From: Octopus bimaculoides
Taxonomy: Eukaryota
DNA: 64,000 nt
NCBI RefSeq assembly: GCF_001194135.2
Contig: NC_068985.1
Location: forward strand, 21,838,126-21,902,125
Reading direction: 5' to 3'
Every line of letters starts with the position of its first letter. Position 1 is the stretch's first letter. This document shows positions 13,301-27,329 of the stretch, one piece after another. Below the pieces are notes generated by a model. It was not told the origin of the DNA and searched no databases. It worked only from the letters and a program-made list of their open reading frames with translations. The position numbers were made by a program, and so were the translations under genes.

Positions 13301-14098
13301 CTGCTGTTTTTAAAGGTTTTAATATTTATATTCAGATTAATTTTTATTGTGAATTTCTGATGAATTTATAGGTTTTGTATAGTCAACCAACGTGATTGTT
13401 TACAATCATATTAAGATGGCATAATATCTTACCTAATACCAATTAAATTATAAGTGTTCTATTGTTATTTTCATAATACACTATTATAATTAGCAAAATT
13501 TTAAGAAATATAAATAGAGTTAATTTCATTAAATTCTTCTCTCTTCTGAATATTTTCATTTTTAAAACATCCTACGTATAAGAGCTGTAATAATTATATT
13601 ATGTTGTCAGAAGTGACCTTTAGTTTTAATTATTCATTGTCAAAAAAGTAATTAAATGACATTTTCAGTGGACATAGTCACAAAATGATTACTTTATTCC
13701 AGTATGAAATCGATTGTACCTTGTCATTAATCAAAAAATATTCCACGTTCTGATGCAAGAAGCTTCCATTTTTAAAAGTTTGCTGAGTATACAAAGGATT
13801 CAGTGAATAATTCGTTAACACTTAAAGGAACATAACACAATTGCAAATTATTTAGATGTATTTGTTATAACTTACTTTCACAACCAAATACATGTTAGAT
13901 GCAGTGGCTAGCAGTGTAAATCACTGCATCTAACAGTGCAGTGTTAATAGGCAAGAAGAAACCTTGATCAGTTGTTTTGAGATATATGTCAAAGCAGGTG
14001 ATCAAACTCTAGTTTGGAGCATCAATGTAAATCCAAACTTTATTAATTAACCATAATGAACTGATCACACAAGCACCACACTTTTACATAAAATAATG

Positions 14099-14148
<50 letters not shown>

Positions 14149-16552
14149 GAAGCTTGGGTTAAATATTTACAGAATTAGAAGATAATTTGCTAAAAATATG
14201 GTACCATTAAATATTGAGCAAATTACTTGGAAATATAAAGCAACATAACTGTCAAAAATGTGTTTCACCTGAAATAATACATTTGAAGCTTATGACATTT
14301 ATGAAAGTTATTACTAGAAACGTTTATGATCCCAGATTCTAGAGTTAATGTGTATGTACCTCTTATCTCTAACACCGCAAAATAATTCTATCTTAACTAT
14401 TGAGCTTCACATTATATTCACATAATTCTATATTGATTATCACAGCCAACTGGCTTATTTCTTTAAACTGAAAGAGGAAAGTAGTGAAAGAACTGTTAAG
14501 TACTGAAAATTGTCATTCTAAACTTTAAGATATAACCTACGTAAGAATTATGTAAATGTATCTTCTAAAAGCTTGACTGACTGAAATTGTGTCAATCCTT
14601 ATTAATCAATTTAGTAGATAATAGCAAAATAATTGACATGGCGTTAACACCTTCCTGCTGCAATGGTTAAAAGGTGTGCCATAATACAATTCCATATCTA
14701 AACTTACTTGTATCTGAGAAAAGATACCATAAACACTAATTTGCTGTAACAATTACACATGACAAAAGATACAGTTTTATAGAAGCTGTTATAACAATCC
14801 ATCATGTAAGACACCTTTTTTTTAACATTTACAAGAGGTGTAGAGGGATACACACACACACATATACATATATATATTTGCAACACTTACAGGTATAATG
14901 GCAAAACACCATTTAACAATAAAATTCCTGTGACACATACACACATATATGTATAGATACATATCATTTTACAACATTTACAAGGAATATGATAGACACA
15001 ATTTTTATGGCAATTGTTAACTAAGCAATTAACAATACAAAATTTCAAGATATGATTTCAAGAATTAAAGGATGTTTGCTAGATTATTTTGAATTATTTG
15101 TTAACTGTGTAAATCATTAGAATTAAATGAAACAGTAATGCACATATAATCCCCACCCCAACCAAAAAAAAAAAAAAAAAAATCATACATTTTATTTGCG
15201 AAAAAAAAAGAAGCTAAAACTTTATATATATATATAGATTAAAAACAAGAATTCTTCCTAGATTAAATTTACAGAATATAAATAATAATTATTCTTGTTA
15301 AAACTAAATAAATGAATAAACTCAAGTGATAATATGAATTTCATGTCTTTTAGTCACTGGACTGTGACTTTTGGTTCATAAGCAAGAGAGACAAAAAAAA
15401 AAAACCCATTCTATTTGATTTGGAGTTATTCAAAAAGTTATTATAACTATTATTGTTATTATTATTATTCATAATATTTATCAAAGCTTCACAAGATGTA
15501 GCAAATCATGAAAAACATTTTTATACTATCAATGACAATATTTAAAAGTCCATGTCTATACTACTGGTAGTTAAACTAGTTTATTGATGACAATAAATTT
15601 CATGCCACACATTTAACTAGAAAGTTACTAAATTTTAAAAATATATTGCACAGTCTATAAGAGATTCAAACAACTGTAACTTAAGTTTCAAAGGTTCATA
15701 AGACTGGTGCATAACACCCATTTCCTTTCATTTGTTTCTTGTAGGTTTTCTTTTTCTTTTTCTTTACCCTTCAAACTATTTTTACAATGGGAGGACCACA
15801 CATAACTAAACCTCATATTACTTTGAAAGTGTTTGAAGTAGGTGTGTTTTTTTTTTTTAAAATTTGATATCATCTCAATTATAATGGGTCAGGGAAACCA
15901 ACACAGAGACAAACAACAGAACTAGGTATGAAATACTAATGTAACTTTTCTAACATTTTGGGAAACATGAAACATTTTGAAACAGAAAAAAAAAACAAAA
16001 AAAAACAAAAAAACAACAAACAAACAAAAACCACAGTACTCCTCAAATGATACTAATTTTACCAGTTCAGGTAAACAAGTTTTGTAGTTTAAAAGATAAC
16101 CTGATATGATACAGGTTTCAAATAGACATTTTTTAAAAAGTATCTCATATAATGATGAACGGGCATGAGATTCCTGCATTCTTTTTCCTTTTCTTTTTCT
16201 TACATAAGTACTATACAAGAACGATATTGTTCATTAAATGGATAAAATATATCATAACATTTATGTAAGACATACAGCTGAACCAGAGTCAAACACATAA
16301 GAGAGACCTGAGCAAATATACAGACAATGTTAAAAATAAGATAAAGAAATGCTGGTGATATTTAAAGAAACCAGTAGATTTCATATATCTGACAATTTGA
16401 GACAGTGAATGATTTTAGTTCATCCATCCTGGTGAATACCATTTTTAATAGATTTTTGTATACATAATTACACACACACGCGCAATAAAACAATCAGTTG
16501 ACCATAATGTTACATAATATATATTATAAAGAAGCACTAAAATGATGAAATT
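10400..16552 (-). other. Putative long 3' UTR of the minus-strand gene
   Basis: Directly follows the stop codon; no SINE copy seen in ~6 kb; U-rich tracts on the minus strand; AATAAA hexamers on minus, e.g. 11083-11088, 11091-11096, 11263-11268. True end unknown. Confidence 0.5.
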
Positions 16553-16949
16553 TCATCCATTTGCAATTTCCCTTAATTCAATAATACAGCTACTGTCTCT
16601 CTCATTCTCTTCATAGACAATATGACCTTCAACAGCATCATCTTTGTCTGGTTCATCAACAGAACTGTTTTGTACTGAATTGGTCATATTACTATCTAGA
16701 GCAGGACTGCTGGTTCCAGTAACACCCCCTACATTATCATCAGAGAAGTAAGAAGCTTCTTGTTGGGCTAGGTGGGATAATAAGTTGATTGGCTCCCCAA
16801 AGGTGCCGATATCTGGTGTGCTGGGTTCAAGCTCAAAAAGTTCTGGAGACGATAGGTGCCCAACATCAACATAAGGGACTTCTTTAGTAGCTTTGATAAT
16901 TCTCTGACAATAGAGATCTTCAAAGTTAATTGGATATTGATCATTTTCC
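16553..16949 (-). CDS. Terminal coding exon H (ENDQYPINFEDLYCQRIIKATKEVPYVDVGHLSSPELFELEPSTP...CIIELREIANG*), acidic Ser/Asp-rich tail
   Basis: Acceptor after a long T tract, ...ctcag|; phase 2; 131 open codons then TGA at 16553-16555. Confidence 0.88.
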
Positions 16950-17404
16950 CTGAGAAAAAAAAAAAAAAAAAATTGAAAGAATTAATTAGTGTAAGAATAT
17001 AAAAAAAAAAATCTGAATAATTTTGAAAATAACATAAAGCTGATTTTATATTGTTGAAAAAAATCATTTTTTATTTTAATTTAAAAAATTTTTTTTTTAT
17101 AGATTACCACCTATTCTGGTCAAAACGATAAATTAGAAAAATTTATGAAAATATTGACCAGGATGAAGATATCATTAACTATTGACCAGGAAGAAGACAA
17201 ACAACCACTGATTTAAATAATATCTGAAACTGTTAGTGTATTTCATTTTACTTTTGAACACTGCTGTCATAATTACAACTTAATTGAGATTATAATTATA
17301 ACATAATTAGAATCTCAATATTTTTTTTACATACTTTATCTGTCTACATATATTTGTCTAGAATAAAAGTCAAGTTATCCAGTTTCTTCAGAAAAAGTAA
17401 TTAA

Positions 17405-17632
17405 CCCTTTTGATACTATATTGATACTGTTCAAATACACTGCCTTTGTTTCAATCATTAAGTTTTAAAGTAACGAAAAATTTAATGAAATAACTTTATC
17501 ATTATTAAGCTGATGTTTGGAACATAAATTAACAAAACATTTTGATGAAAGGTTTTAATTTAGATTACTTTAAGACAGAAACTTTGTATTATAAAATCAG
17601 ATGTGGTCTCAGTGAGGTTGGTATCAAAATGG
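17405..17632. mobile_element. piggyBac-type MITE, one end decayed
   Basis: TTAA|cccttttgatac ... gtatcaaaatgg (11/12 inverted match); related copy begins at 26071. Confidence 0.55.
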
Positions 17633-18569
17633 TCGCGAATGAACTTCAAGAATATTTTTTCTATTTCTTTCTTTTCAGTTAGAACACTGATCACACCAGT
17701 AGATACCAACCTATCTATTCAGTATTCAATGTCTATAGTTATCTATTTAATGTATTCTTTTTGGTATTGCTAATACACTTATTTCATCAAGTCATCTTTC
17801 AGTTACTTATCTCCTCGAATATTCATGTTTTATTTAAGGATGTGAACATTAGGCTGACTTCTTTTTGCTTTAGCAATGCACAGGGAAATATTTGATCTCA
17901 GCTCTAAAAGGTTATCAAAACACAGTCATAGAGTAGTGAATTGCATTGCTTTCTGCTGAGCATTTTCTGCTAAGTGAACAGGGTCATTTAAATGTAGATA
18001 GGATATTTTTATAACTGTGTGGTCTATTGGAGAAGAGATAGATGTCATCAATACTATCATCATCCAAGACATTTTGCAAATGTTTCCCTGACGATTCACC
18101 AATTTTTACATGCTATCAAATGATAACAATTAATAAATATTAATACAATATGGATCCCAGCTCTCTAACTGTAGTCAGTTGATCAGTTTATTGCATGCAG
18201 TGATTGTCCAACAATTTAGGACTCAAAGCTAAAATTTAAGATAAATGGATTTTTTTGAGGAGAATGTGAGCAACTACTAGTTTAAAAAACAAAATATAAA
18301 CAGACAAAAAAAATTGCCAGATAAATTGAGATATGACAACTTGTAAGTCTATATATCTTAGATGTACTAAAAAAGAAATTTAACACACGACAAACACACA
18401 CTTTTCATCTCGACCCCTTAGTGTGTACATTTAACTAAAAAGATGACTGCAAGAAATCTTGATCTAGATGATAACAAAAATATACTAGAAGTGTACACTT
18501 CTAATATGAGAGTGTATAGTGCATTTTTATGCTTTTGTAGTATAAAATAAATAAAATCAATATATAATA

Positions 18570-18603
<34 letters not shown>

Positions 18604-19742
18604 CATACACACACACATACATGCATACAGTGAGAGAGAGATGAGAGAGGGAGAGAGAGATGAGAAAGAGAGACAGATGGAGAGAGAGACAGATGGAAAG
18701 AGAGAGTAAAGAAATAGGAGATGAGACAGATAAGAATGTGATGAAAACTGCAATAATGGAATAAACAACACATATTACTATTTTAACCCAAACAATGTGA
18801 TTGTTATACAATAGAATAAACAATAAATAAAAGATGAATGTTGAAATCATAGTGAGCCAGTCATAGATGTTATCTAATCTAGTAAACATTAACAAACTTG
18901 GCTACAGGAAATCAAAGTTGGCACTCCAGACAATAAACTTGGATAATGGTTCTTAGTAATTCGTTTTGTAATTGTTTTTCACAAGATAGCTTATATACTT
19001 ATATTTAGAGCCTTTTGATTTGAACTACCATATGTAAAATGGTCTATCTCAAAGTTAAATTGTAATCAAATTACAAGTGCACTTCAGTTATTATTGATAA
19101 ATAACTAGGTGGCCAGAAAGTTTTACCTTGAGAAAAAATTAGTAATTAATGGGTATAATAAGCTTAGAATCATTGACACAGTTTTTATCATTATAATATT
19201 CTTGTTAATCAGAATGTAAAAAAAAAACAAAAAAACCATTAGTTTTTAAATTTTTGTTTGTTGTAATTTAGTTGGTGAATTAATCAAGTTGTTGAAATTG
19301 TTTCACTCTCTTGAAAATTAATCATTAATTGTTTCAGTATAAATACATGAAATTGAATGAATTAATTAATATTGACTGGAGGCTAATTTTTACTTATAAA
19401 TCCAAATAGAGTAATTAAAATAAACTATTAATGAAAAGTCTGGGGATCATAATATGTATAGACTACTGATTAAATTTACTTTGTCATCTGGTAAATGCTG
19501 AATTTGTAATGACTAATATCAGGTACTAATTGAGGTAATAGCATGACAAAAATATAGAATATTTAGCAGTTATAGACTGAAATCTTAAATCTTTGTGTGA
19601 TATTTATATCACACAAATAATACCAAGAAATAAATTTTAAATGATGTAAAAATGTTAAAAGAACATAATGGAGAGAAAATTTTAAAGCAATTTGTTGAGA
19701 AATTTCCATGTGCAATATAGAATCATACAGAGTTAAACCTAC

Positions 19743-19853
19743 CTGTTATAGATAGCTAAAGCAATGCTTGCCGGATGTGGAATTGGAAGAGGTATTTGTA
19801 GTTTATCAAACACATGAGGCGTATGGTCTTTTTTCCAAGGGCACATCTTTTCT
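19743..19853 (-). CDS. Coding exon G (EKMCPWKKDHTPHVFDKLQIPLPIPHPASIALAIYNR)
   Basis: Acceptor gttattctttcag|, donor CAG|gtaggt; 111 nt, symmetric phase 2-2, open frame. Confidence 0.82.
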
Positions 19854-20261
19854 CTGAAAGAATAACATAATTTCATTGTCATTTTTAATACTAAATTTTT
19901 GAATTTGTATTAAAAAGAGGGAAAAAGAAAAAAGAAACAAATTTGACATTTGGAAATTGGTGTTAAAAATAATCAACAGATTGCATTGCTTTGGACCAAG
20001 ATGCATAAAACAATTCTTTCAACCAATCCATGTTAGGATAGGAAAATATCATTAAAATGACAATGATGATGATGATAAGGAGGAGGATGGGGGAAGGAGG
20101 GATCATAGTTTCAACAGCATTAGATTAGAAAACTGATTGTAACTGCTTAATGTAGGAATTGGAAATAAATTTTACCAAAATATTACTTGCAACATCATTA
20201 GCAGTGATAGCAGCAGCACCACCATATTTTAGTTTAAATCTTGTAAAAGTCAATTTTATTA

Positions 20262-20302
<41 letters not shown>

Positions 20303-21589
20303 GGGTCAATAAGTCACATACCAGTAATATACTGAAGTTGATTTAATTAATTGTACGTCTAAAAATTATATAATTAAGAAATTAATATTATGTAATAAGA
20401 AAACTACAAGCAGGAAAAACTCTTGGTTTCTATTCAGCAGAATTATTGAACAGTAAGGTGTAATTTCTATGTTTAACTGTTAAGATTGTTAAAAATAGTC
20501 ATAAATGGAAAGAAATCATTCATTGGAAATAAGAAATTTATTACAACTGGGTGGACAACAGTGAAACCTGTCTACCTTCAAAGAAATCATGCAACAAGAG
20601 AAGCAACATTAGAAAATCAATAATGTACATTGTGGAGAGATAGTTGCAGCTGACTGAGTTGATAGTTGATAAGGTTCCAACCTCCTAGGCAAAAGGTAAA
20701 CAAATTAGTATCTTATCCCCAGTATTGTGAAATTTCCTTATCAGTGACATTTAGCTGTAAATTGGTACCATAAGGAAGTACAGTGTGACTGTTTGTAAGT
20801 AGTAGAAGCTCTGAGTAATTTTGTTACTTTGTTGCACCAAGCTAAAAGTCTCCCATAAATTTAGAGAAAATAATAAGAAAAATCACTACAGTGGTATGTT
20901 TTCTTTGAAATATTACATGAAAAAAATAACTTCAATGAGAACAGAATGGCACATTAAATTATGAAATTAATTATAAAATATTCTAGATATAAATTGAAAT
21001 CACCATAGAAAGAAGATATTTAAGTAACAAGACCTGAGGAAACATGATAAGAAAGATGATAGAAATTAGTAATATTTTGAGTTGTTATAGAGAGAATGTT
21101 CACAAATAGCTCATGATAAATGTTTAATATAAATATAATAACAACCATAATTGTTTAATATGGATTTTTTTTAAAGTTTGAAAACTCCTAATATTGTGAA
21201 AAACATATTAGTCAATTACTATGAAATTAGCCTACTTCATTTAGTTTACAACATACACTTAACTCAATATATTAGAAGCAAAAGTTTTATTTTATTCATT
21301 ATTTTTAATTATCAACTTTCTTAGCATGAGCTTGGCAGGACAAGAATTGAGAATAACTACTTTTAAAATATGAAGTCAGTTAAAGGCTTATAACTTGATT
21401 TGATGTCTTTGTCTTTTCACAGTATGTCTAAATAAAATCAGGTTATAATCACAGGAAACTTTGAACTCAATATTGCAAGTTAATAAAACATATGTAATCA
21501 CAATTCTTCAACTACTTTTAATAATTGACTGTTCTTCCCCATGATAACTATTAGTTACCATGGGAAGTGCTGGATGAAGAGTACAGTGG

Positions 21590-22150
21590 ATAGGGCTACA
21601 TAGAGTATATGGCAGGCTAGAAAGAATAGCAAAAATATGAAGAGCAGTAATGACATCAAAAAGCTAGGCAGTAAGCATAAAACTAAGTGTATCTTGCCAA
21701 ATATGAAGCTATGTAGACAAATGTTCTGTACAGTGATGAAAGATGTAGTGTTCTGAATTGCAAGGCAGTGTGTCTATGAATCAAGACATCATTTGTCAGT
21801 GGAGTATTCAAAGTGAGATTTTATTCTAGTAACAGTGAAAAGAAAGAACTATGATAATACTGCTATTAGAAATTGTTAAATGAAGAACAATAGCGAGATA
21901 GTGATGGGCAACTTCGCATGGAACCAACAGAAGAACTTGTAACTGAAGTTAGCCTTAGTATGGTTAGTAAAACTTTTAAGAGATGAAGACAATGAAAGTG
22001 ACAGTTCATCAAAAGAGTTGTTGAGATGTTGAAAGCACTAAGTTTAGGTAGATACTATTCTAATAGCTCATTTAGATAATCATATTGTACAGGAAGGTGT
22101 AATATCCTTTGACTAGCATATTAGTATTGTAGCAAGACATGTTAGCACAA
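21590..22150 (+). mobile_element. Highly decayed RTE LINE ORF fragment (region upstream of RT)
   Basis: Broken translations VFRIARQCV..NQD and VVEMLKA...HIVQEGVI resemble the RTE linker; many stops and frameshifts. Confidence 0.55.
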
Positions 22151-22904
22151 ATCATCCAATCACTGCTGGCTGTAGAAGGATACATGTGACCCAGCAGTGA
22201 AGTGTGAGTTTTGAAAGGCAAAAATCAGTTGCTGAGAGAACACTGAAAAGTAAACATCTAAGTTGCTGATTGTTCGTCCAGATGACAAGACACATTGCTG
22301 ATTTAACACCGATTAGTAAACATAATGTTTATGGCTATGGGACTACTATCACGCTTTCCAACTAAATTACACTACACATTGGATTTGTACATCTATAAAC
22401 ATCTTGCAGCTATTTGAATCTAACTACCTGGGATGTTTATGGAGAAATTAACTCATGTCTCACTACATCCTGTTAACCTGAACACTTACCTCATGATGTG
22501 CTTGCTTACTACTACAAAAAAAAAACATTGCCTTCTGATATTTCTTACATCTGCTTATATGTAGAATCTTCTTACATACATACTACCCTAGCCAATGTTA
22601 TATTGTCCTTCTAATTTTGTTCTTGTTACAGTATTATCACCAACTGATACAAGAGTGAAAACAAGTACAATCAAGAGAAGAAATTAAGAAATGACAGAGT
22701 CCTCTAATTCATGAACCAAGTGCTTGAAAGTAGTTGGGAGAGTTTGAAAAAGACTTAGCTCAGGATACGGTTAGTTTGGATAAAATGTAGTTTGAGCTTA
22801 TATAAGGGAGCAGAATGATTTCAAACAACTGCAAGAAAAGTTCTTGTTCAAAAATAAACCATTCTTATTTGCATTTATGGAAGATCTTCAACAGTGTCCC
22901 ATGT

Positions 22905-23458
22905 GGATGTCTAGTTAATAAGCTTGCTTCCTAACCATGTGGTCTGAGATTCAGTTCCAATGTGCAGCACCTTGGGCAACTGTTTTCTACTATAGCAACC
23001 AAAGCCTTGTGAGTGGATTTGATAGACACAAACTGAAAGCAGCTGTCATATATGTGTGTGTGTGTGTGTGTGTGTATAGTGATGATCGTGATGATGATGA
23101 TGATGATATATATATATATATATCTTTTATCTTTTACTTGTTTCAGTCATTAGACTGCGACCATGCTGGGGCACTGCCTTGAAGAATTTTAGTTGAATGA
23201 ATCAATCCCAGTATTTTTTTTCTTTTTAAACCTGATACTTATTCTAATGGTATGTTTTGCTGAACTGCTAAGTTACAGGGATGTAAACACACACATACAA
23301 TGGGCTTTTTTCAGTTTCTGTCTACCAAATCCATTCGCAAGGGTTTGGTTGGCTTGAGGCTATAGTAGAAGACACTTGCTCAAAGTGCCATGCAGTGAGA
23401 CTGAACCTGGAACCATGTGGTTGGGAAGCAAACGTCTTTCCACACACCCATGCCTGCA

Positions 23459-23460
<2 letters not shown>
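22905..23460. mobile_element. Two family A SINEs in opposite orientation (head on + at 22905-23050; copy on - at 23125-23460)
   Basis: Head motifs caaagccttgtgagtggatttg on + and their reverse complement at 23300-23460. Confidence 0.7.
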
Positions 23461-23521
<61 letters not shown>

Positions 23522-23573
23522 AGAAAAAAAGTCGTCAGAATTTTGGAAAAAATAATCTTTTTATTTCTTCATT

Positions 23574-23614
23574 ATTATTAGCGCTTTCGTTCGTTTCTTG
23601 AACTTGTCAAATAT
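23574..23614 (-). ncRNA. Minimal type I hammerhead-ribozyme-like motif, U3-A8 variant, in a putative Penelope-like fragment
   Basis: Minus strand: tat UUGACAA GUUC-aagaaac-GAAC GAA AGCGCU A aua; palindromic stem III; only 3 bp of stem I remain. Confidence 0.45.
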
Positions 23615-25129
23615 ATATATACAAGTAAAATCTCTTTCAATTTGCTGATATGTATAGTTTTTCATTAATTCACAGATGAAATAATGAAAAGCCAAGATGA
23701 TTGGTGATATTCTGTACATCAAAATTGTTTAACTCATGTCAACATGGACAAAAATAAATATTCAAAGTACTGATTTATATGTCATTACTGATGTAGCAAA
23801 CCTATATTCCAAGAAAGAAGATATGTTCAAATCTTATAAAACAGTTAAATTTCTTATCCTCTATCTAATAACGAAAAGTTTGGGAATAAATATAAGATGT
23901 CTAACAACCTGTACTTCTAAAAAGGATATTAGAAAGATATCTGATAAATAAACTACGCTTTGAATAAGTTCTTTTTTAAAAATTTTATCACTGTCTATTT
24001 TTACAAACATACAGTCATTCACATATGTATACAAATTCTCATTTGATTATTGGTTATAAAACAGTTCACTGTTGTGAATATTGTAGTTCCATTGATAAAT
24101 ATTTGCACTACAGAAATTAATTTCCTTTAACATATGTTGCCCCACCACCACCAAAAAGAAACTTTCTGCTTTTATGATCACTACTATCATCATGATTTTC
24201 ATCATCACCAACAGGAGCACCACTACCACCACCATTTTTAACAAATGATTTTCCAAGGAATCAGTCAGACAGCTTTGCCATTCATCACTTTCTCAAGTAT
24301 TTTTATCCTGTGTCATCTCTGAGGCTTACTGTTTGTTCTCTTATCTGACTTCTTCCCCAAGTCTTTCACAGTACCAATGTTACATATACACCACAAATAC
24401 ACACTCAGAGTGTATAATATGCGTGCATTACCTGTCCATACTGCTTTGTCTGTCTCTCTTTCTCTCCTTCTACATTCATCTGTGTCTATACATTTAACAT
24501 CCTACCATTTTTTAAAACTTCTTTCTACTCAACATTCCACATCAGCTTAAAACCATACATCCAGCTATCTTTACGAAATTTATTCTTTATACCAAACGTT
24601 ACAGATCCTTTGCAATCATAGTTCATGTGATAAATAAACAAACAAATTTAAAAACGAATATATGTAACAACTGTAGAAGGTAACAACATATTTTCAAAAC
24701 TTTTCTTGTCATTCGATGTCAAGTTGACATTAAATAGTTCTACACCTGCAAGATATTACTGATCTTTATTCAAACTTCAAAGTATTAGTGGGTCTTATTG
24801 ATGTTGATCATGTAAGTTATTGATCACTATTATGCTTGGAAGTTTTATTGAACTTTGATATGTCTTGCTTAGCTCTACAAAGGAGAAATAAGAAGAAATA
24901 TTCTTGTGATTTTCTTCAAAGAATTATATATATATATATATATNNNNNNNNNNNNNNNNNNNNNNNNNNNNNNNNNNATATGCATGCATACACATATAAG
25001 TATTAAAACTTTCTGTTAAAAAATAATTTCCAGCTTAACCCTTTTGTTACTATAATTCTGTTGAAATACACTGCCTTCATTTTAATTAATTTTTAAAATA
25101 ACCTTGTATCTTTTATGTTTTACTTGTTT

Positions 25130-25303
25130 CAGTTGTTGGACTGTAACCATGCTGGGGCACCACCACAAAAAATTTTAGTCAAACAAAAAAAAAACAAAAA
25201 AACAAACATAGGTACTTAATTTCTTAAATTTAGTACTTATTCTATTGGTCTTTTTTACCAAACCAATAAGTTGTGAAGATGTAAACAAACTAACACTTGT
25301 CAA

Positions 25304-25342
<39 letters not shown>

Positions 25343-25760
25343 CAAACACATATACATACTCACACATATATGACAGGCTTCCACATAATTTCTATCTATC
25401 TATTAAGGCGGCGAGCTGGCAGAAACGTTAGCATGCCGGGCGAAATACTTAGCACTATTTCGTCTGCCGTTACGTTTTGAGTTCAAATTCCGCTGAGGTC
25501 AACTTTGCCATTCATCCTTTCGGGGTAGATTAGATAAGTACCAGTTACGCACTGGGGTCGATGTAATCGACTTAATCCTTTGTTTGTTCCCTCTATGTTT
25601 AGCCCCTGGTGGGCAATAAAGAAATATAATTTCTATCTATCAAGCTCGTTCACAATGTATTAGTCAGCCCAGAGCATAGTAGATGACACTTGCCCAAAGT
25701 ACTGCACAGCGGGATTGAACCCTAAATCATGTGGGCACAAAGTGAACCCCTTAATCACAA
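25130..25760 (-). mobile_element. Family A SINE (minus) with a nested family B SINE
   Basis: Tail at 25130-25300, (GT)n, head at 25640-25760. Confidence 0.7.
25405..25625 (+). mobile_element. Young full-length family B SINE with 16-bp target-site duplication
   Basis: aaggcggcgagctggcagaaacgttagc...gggcaataaagaaat; ataatttctatctatc at 25385-25400 and 25626-25641. Confidence 0.9.
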
Positions 25761-26175
25761 TAGCTATACCTTAAGTAAAAATAACTTTGTCATTATTAAG
25801 CTGGTGTTTGACACATAAATTAATATGAAATTTATGAAAATTTTCCAACAATAAGATGAAGACACAACTAACAATCACTGATTTAAATGATGTTTGAAAC
25901 TGTTAGTTTCTTTCATTTTATGTTTTAACATTACTGTCATATTTATAACTTAATTAAGATTGTAATTACAACATAATTAGAATATCAATTTTTTTACCTA
26001 GTTTATGTGTCTGTATACATCAGTCTGAAATAAAGAATCAAGTTACTAACTATTTCTTCAGAAATAATAATTAACCCTTTCGATACCATATTTCTGCTGA
26101 AATGCACTAAGTTTGTTACATTAAATTTTGAAAGTAATGAAGAATTTAGTAAAATAGCTTTGTCATTATTAAGCT

Positions 26176-26600
26176 GTAGAGGGAACCTGTGGAAGGGGTA
26201 GACCCAGGAAGGTGTGGGATGAAGTGGTGAGAAAGGATCTTCAGATGCTGGGCATCACTGAAGAATTGATAAGGGGCCAGGAGTTGTGGTGATTTGCTGA
26301 ACTTGAGAAGATGCATCAAGCCAAGTAAAATTGCTGCCATCCATATATACAGGCTTATCCTTAACAGGTGCTGGTGCCATGTTAAAGCACTCATGCTGGT
26401 GTTGCATAAATGCACCCATGCCGGTGGCACGTAAGGGCACCCAGCACACTCTGTAAAGTGGCTGGTGTTTGGAAGAGCATCCAGCTGTAGAAACCATGCC
26501 ACAACAGAAAAGTCTGGACAGCTCTCCAGCTGGCCAACTCCTATCAAACTGTCCAACCCATGCCAGCATGGAAAGTGGCCATTAAATGATGATGATGATA
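26176..26600 (+). mobile_element. 5'-truncated RTE LINE 3' end (ORF C-terminus, 3' UTR, (GAT)n) inserted in a piggyBac-type MITE
   Basis: Translates EGTCGRGRPRKVWDEVVRKDLQMLGITEE, the RTE C-terminal GRPRK-W motif; MITE halves at 26071-26175 and 26600-26712. Confidence 0.85.
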
Positions 26601-26776
26601 AAGTTGGTGAATGACAAATGAAAAATTAAAGGAAGATTTTAATTCAGATCACTTTAAGACAGGCAATTTATATCAGAGAGCCCAGGGTCAATCTCAGGCA
26701 GGTTGATATCAAAAGTAGTAGTGAGAAAAGTGGCTATATTTTAGAAAATAGAAGACTTTGGAATAATTTATCTTAA

Positions 26777-26990
26777 CCCTTTAGTATTTGAAGCAACCAT
26801 ATCTGGCCTAAATAGTGAACTTTGTTTTTTGGCTACATTCAGCCTCCTACACCTAGTCTATAATGTCATTCTAAAAATAAACAATCACATCATCAAAATC
26901 TCGATGCTATGCTATGAGATAATGCATGATTTACTTCAAGAGTGTGAATAAATAAGCATAACATTTGACAGTAATCTGAATGTTAAAGGG
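26777..26990. mobile_element. piggyBac-type MITE with TTAA duplication
   Basis: TTAA|ccctttagtatt ... aatgttaaaggg|TTAA (TTAA at 26773-26776 and 26991-26994). Confidence 0.75.
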
Positions 26991-27329
26991 TTAAATACTA
27001 TATTTATCCATGTATATGACACACTTGAATATACTGTACACCACTAATTATGGGTAATGAAATTCTAGAAAAAACATCTTTCTCGACTGATTTTTCTCTA
27101 GTATTATAATGTTTAGAAAGTTCAAACATCATTAAAAAACAAATTGTAAGTGCCCTTTGAACTTTACTAGTGTAGGCTGTGAAAGTGCCTCTGTTGTAAA
27201 GCCATCATTGTGAATATCAAAGGATCATGTTTTTTTCTAGAAAATCAACTTGACTGTACTTAAATAAGGTTTTGCTCAATTTTACTGTTCAGTTCTTACA
27301 GTGAGGCACACATGGTTGTGTTGTCACAG

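Noticed and set aside
17990-18115. Protein-like frame HVKIGESSGKHLQNVLDDDSIDDIYLF as an alternative last exon
   Set aside because: It needs a phase-0 donor; joining from exon F or G (phase 2) gives Ser-Met-stop.
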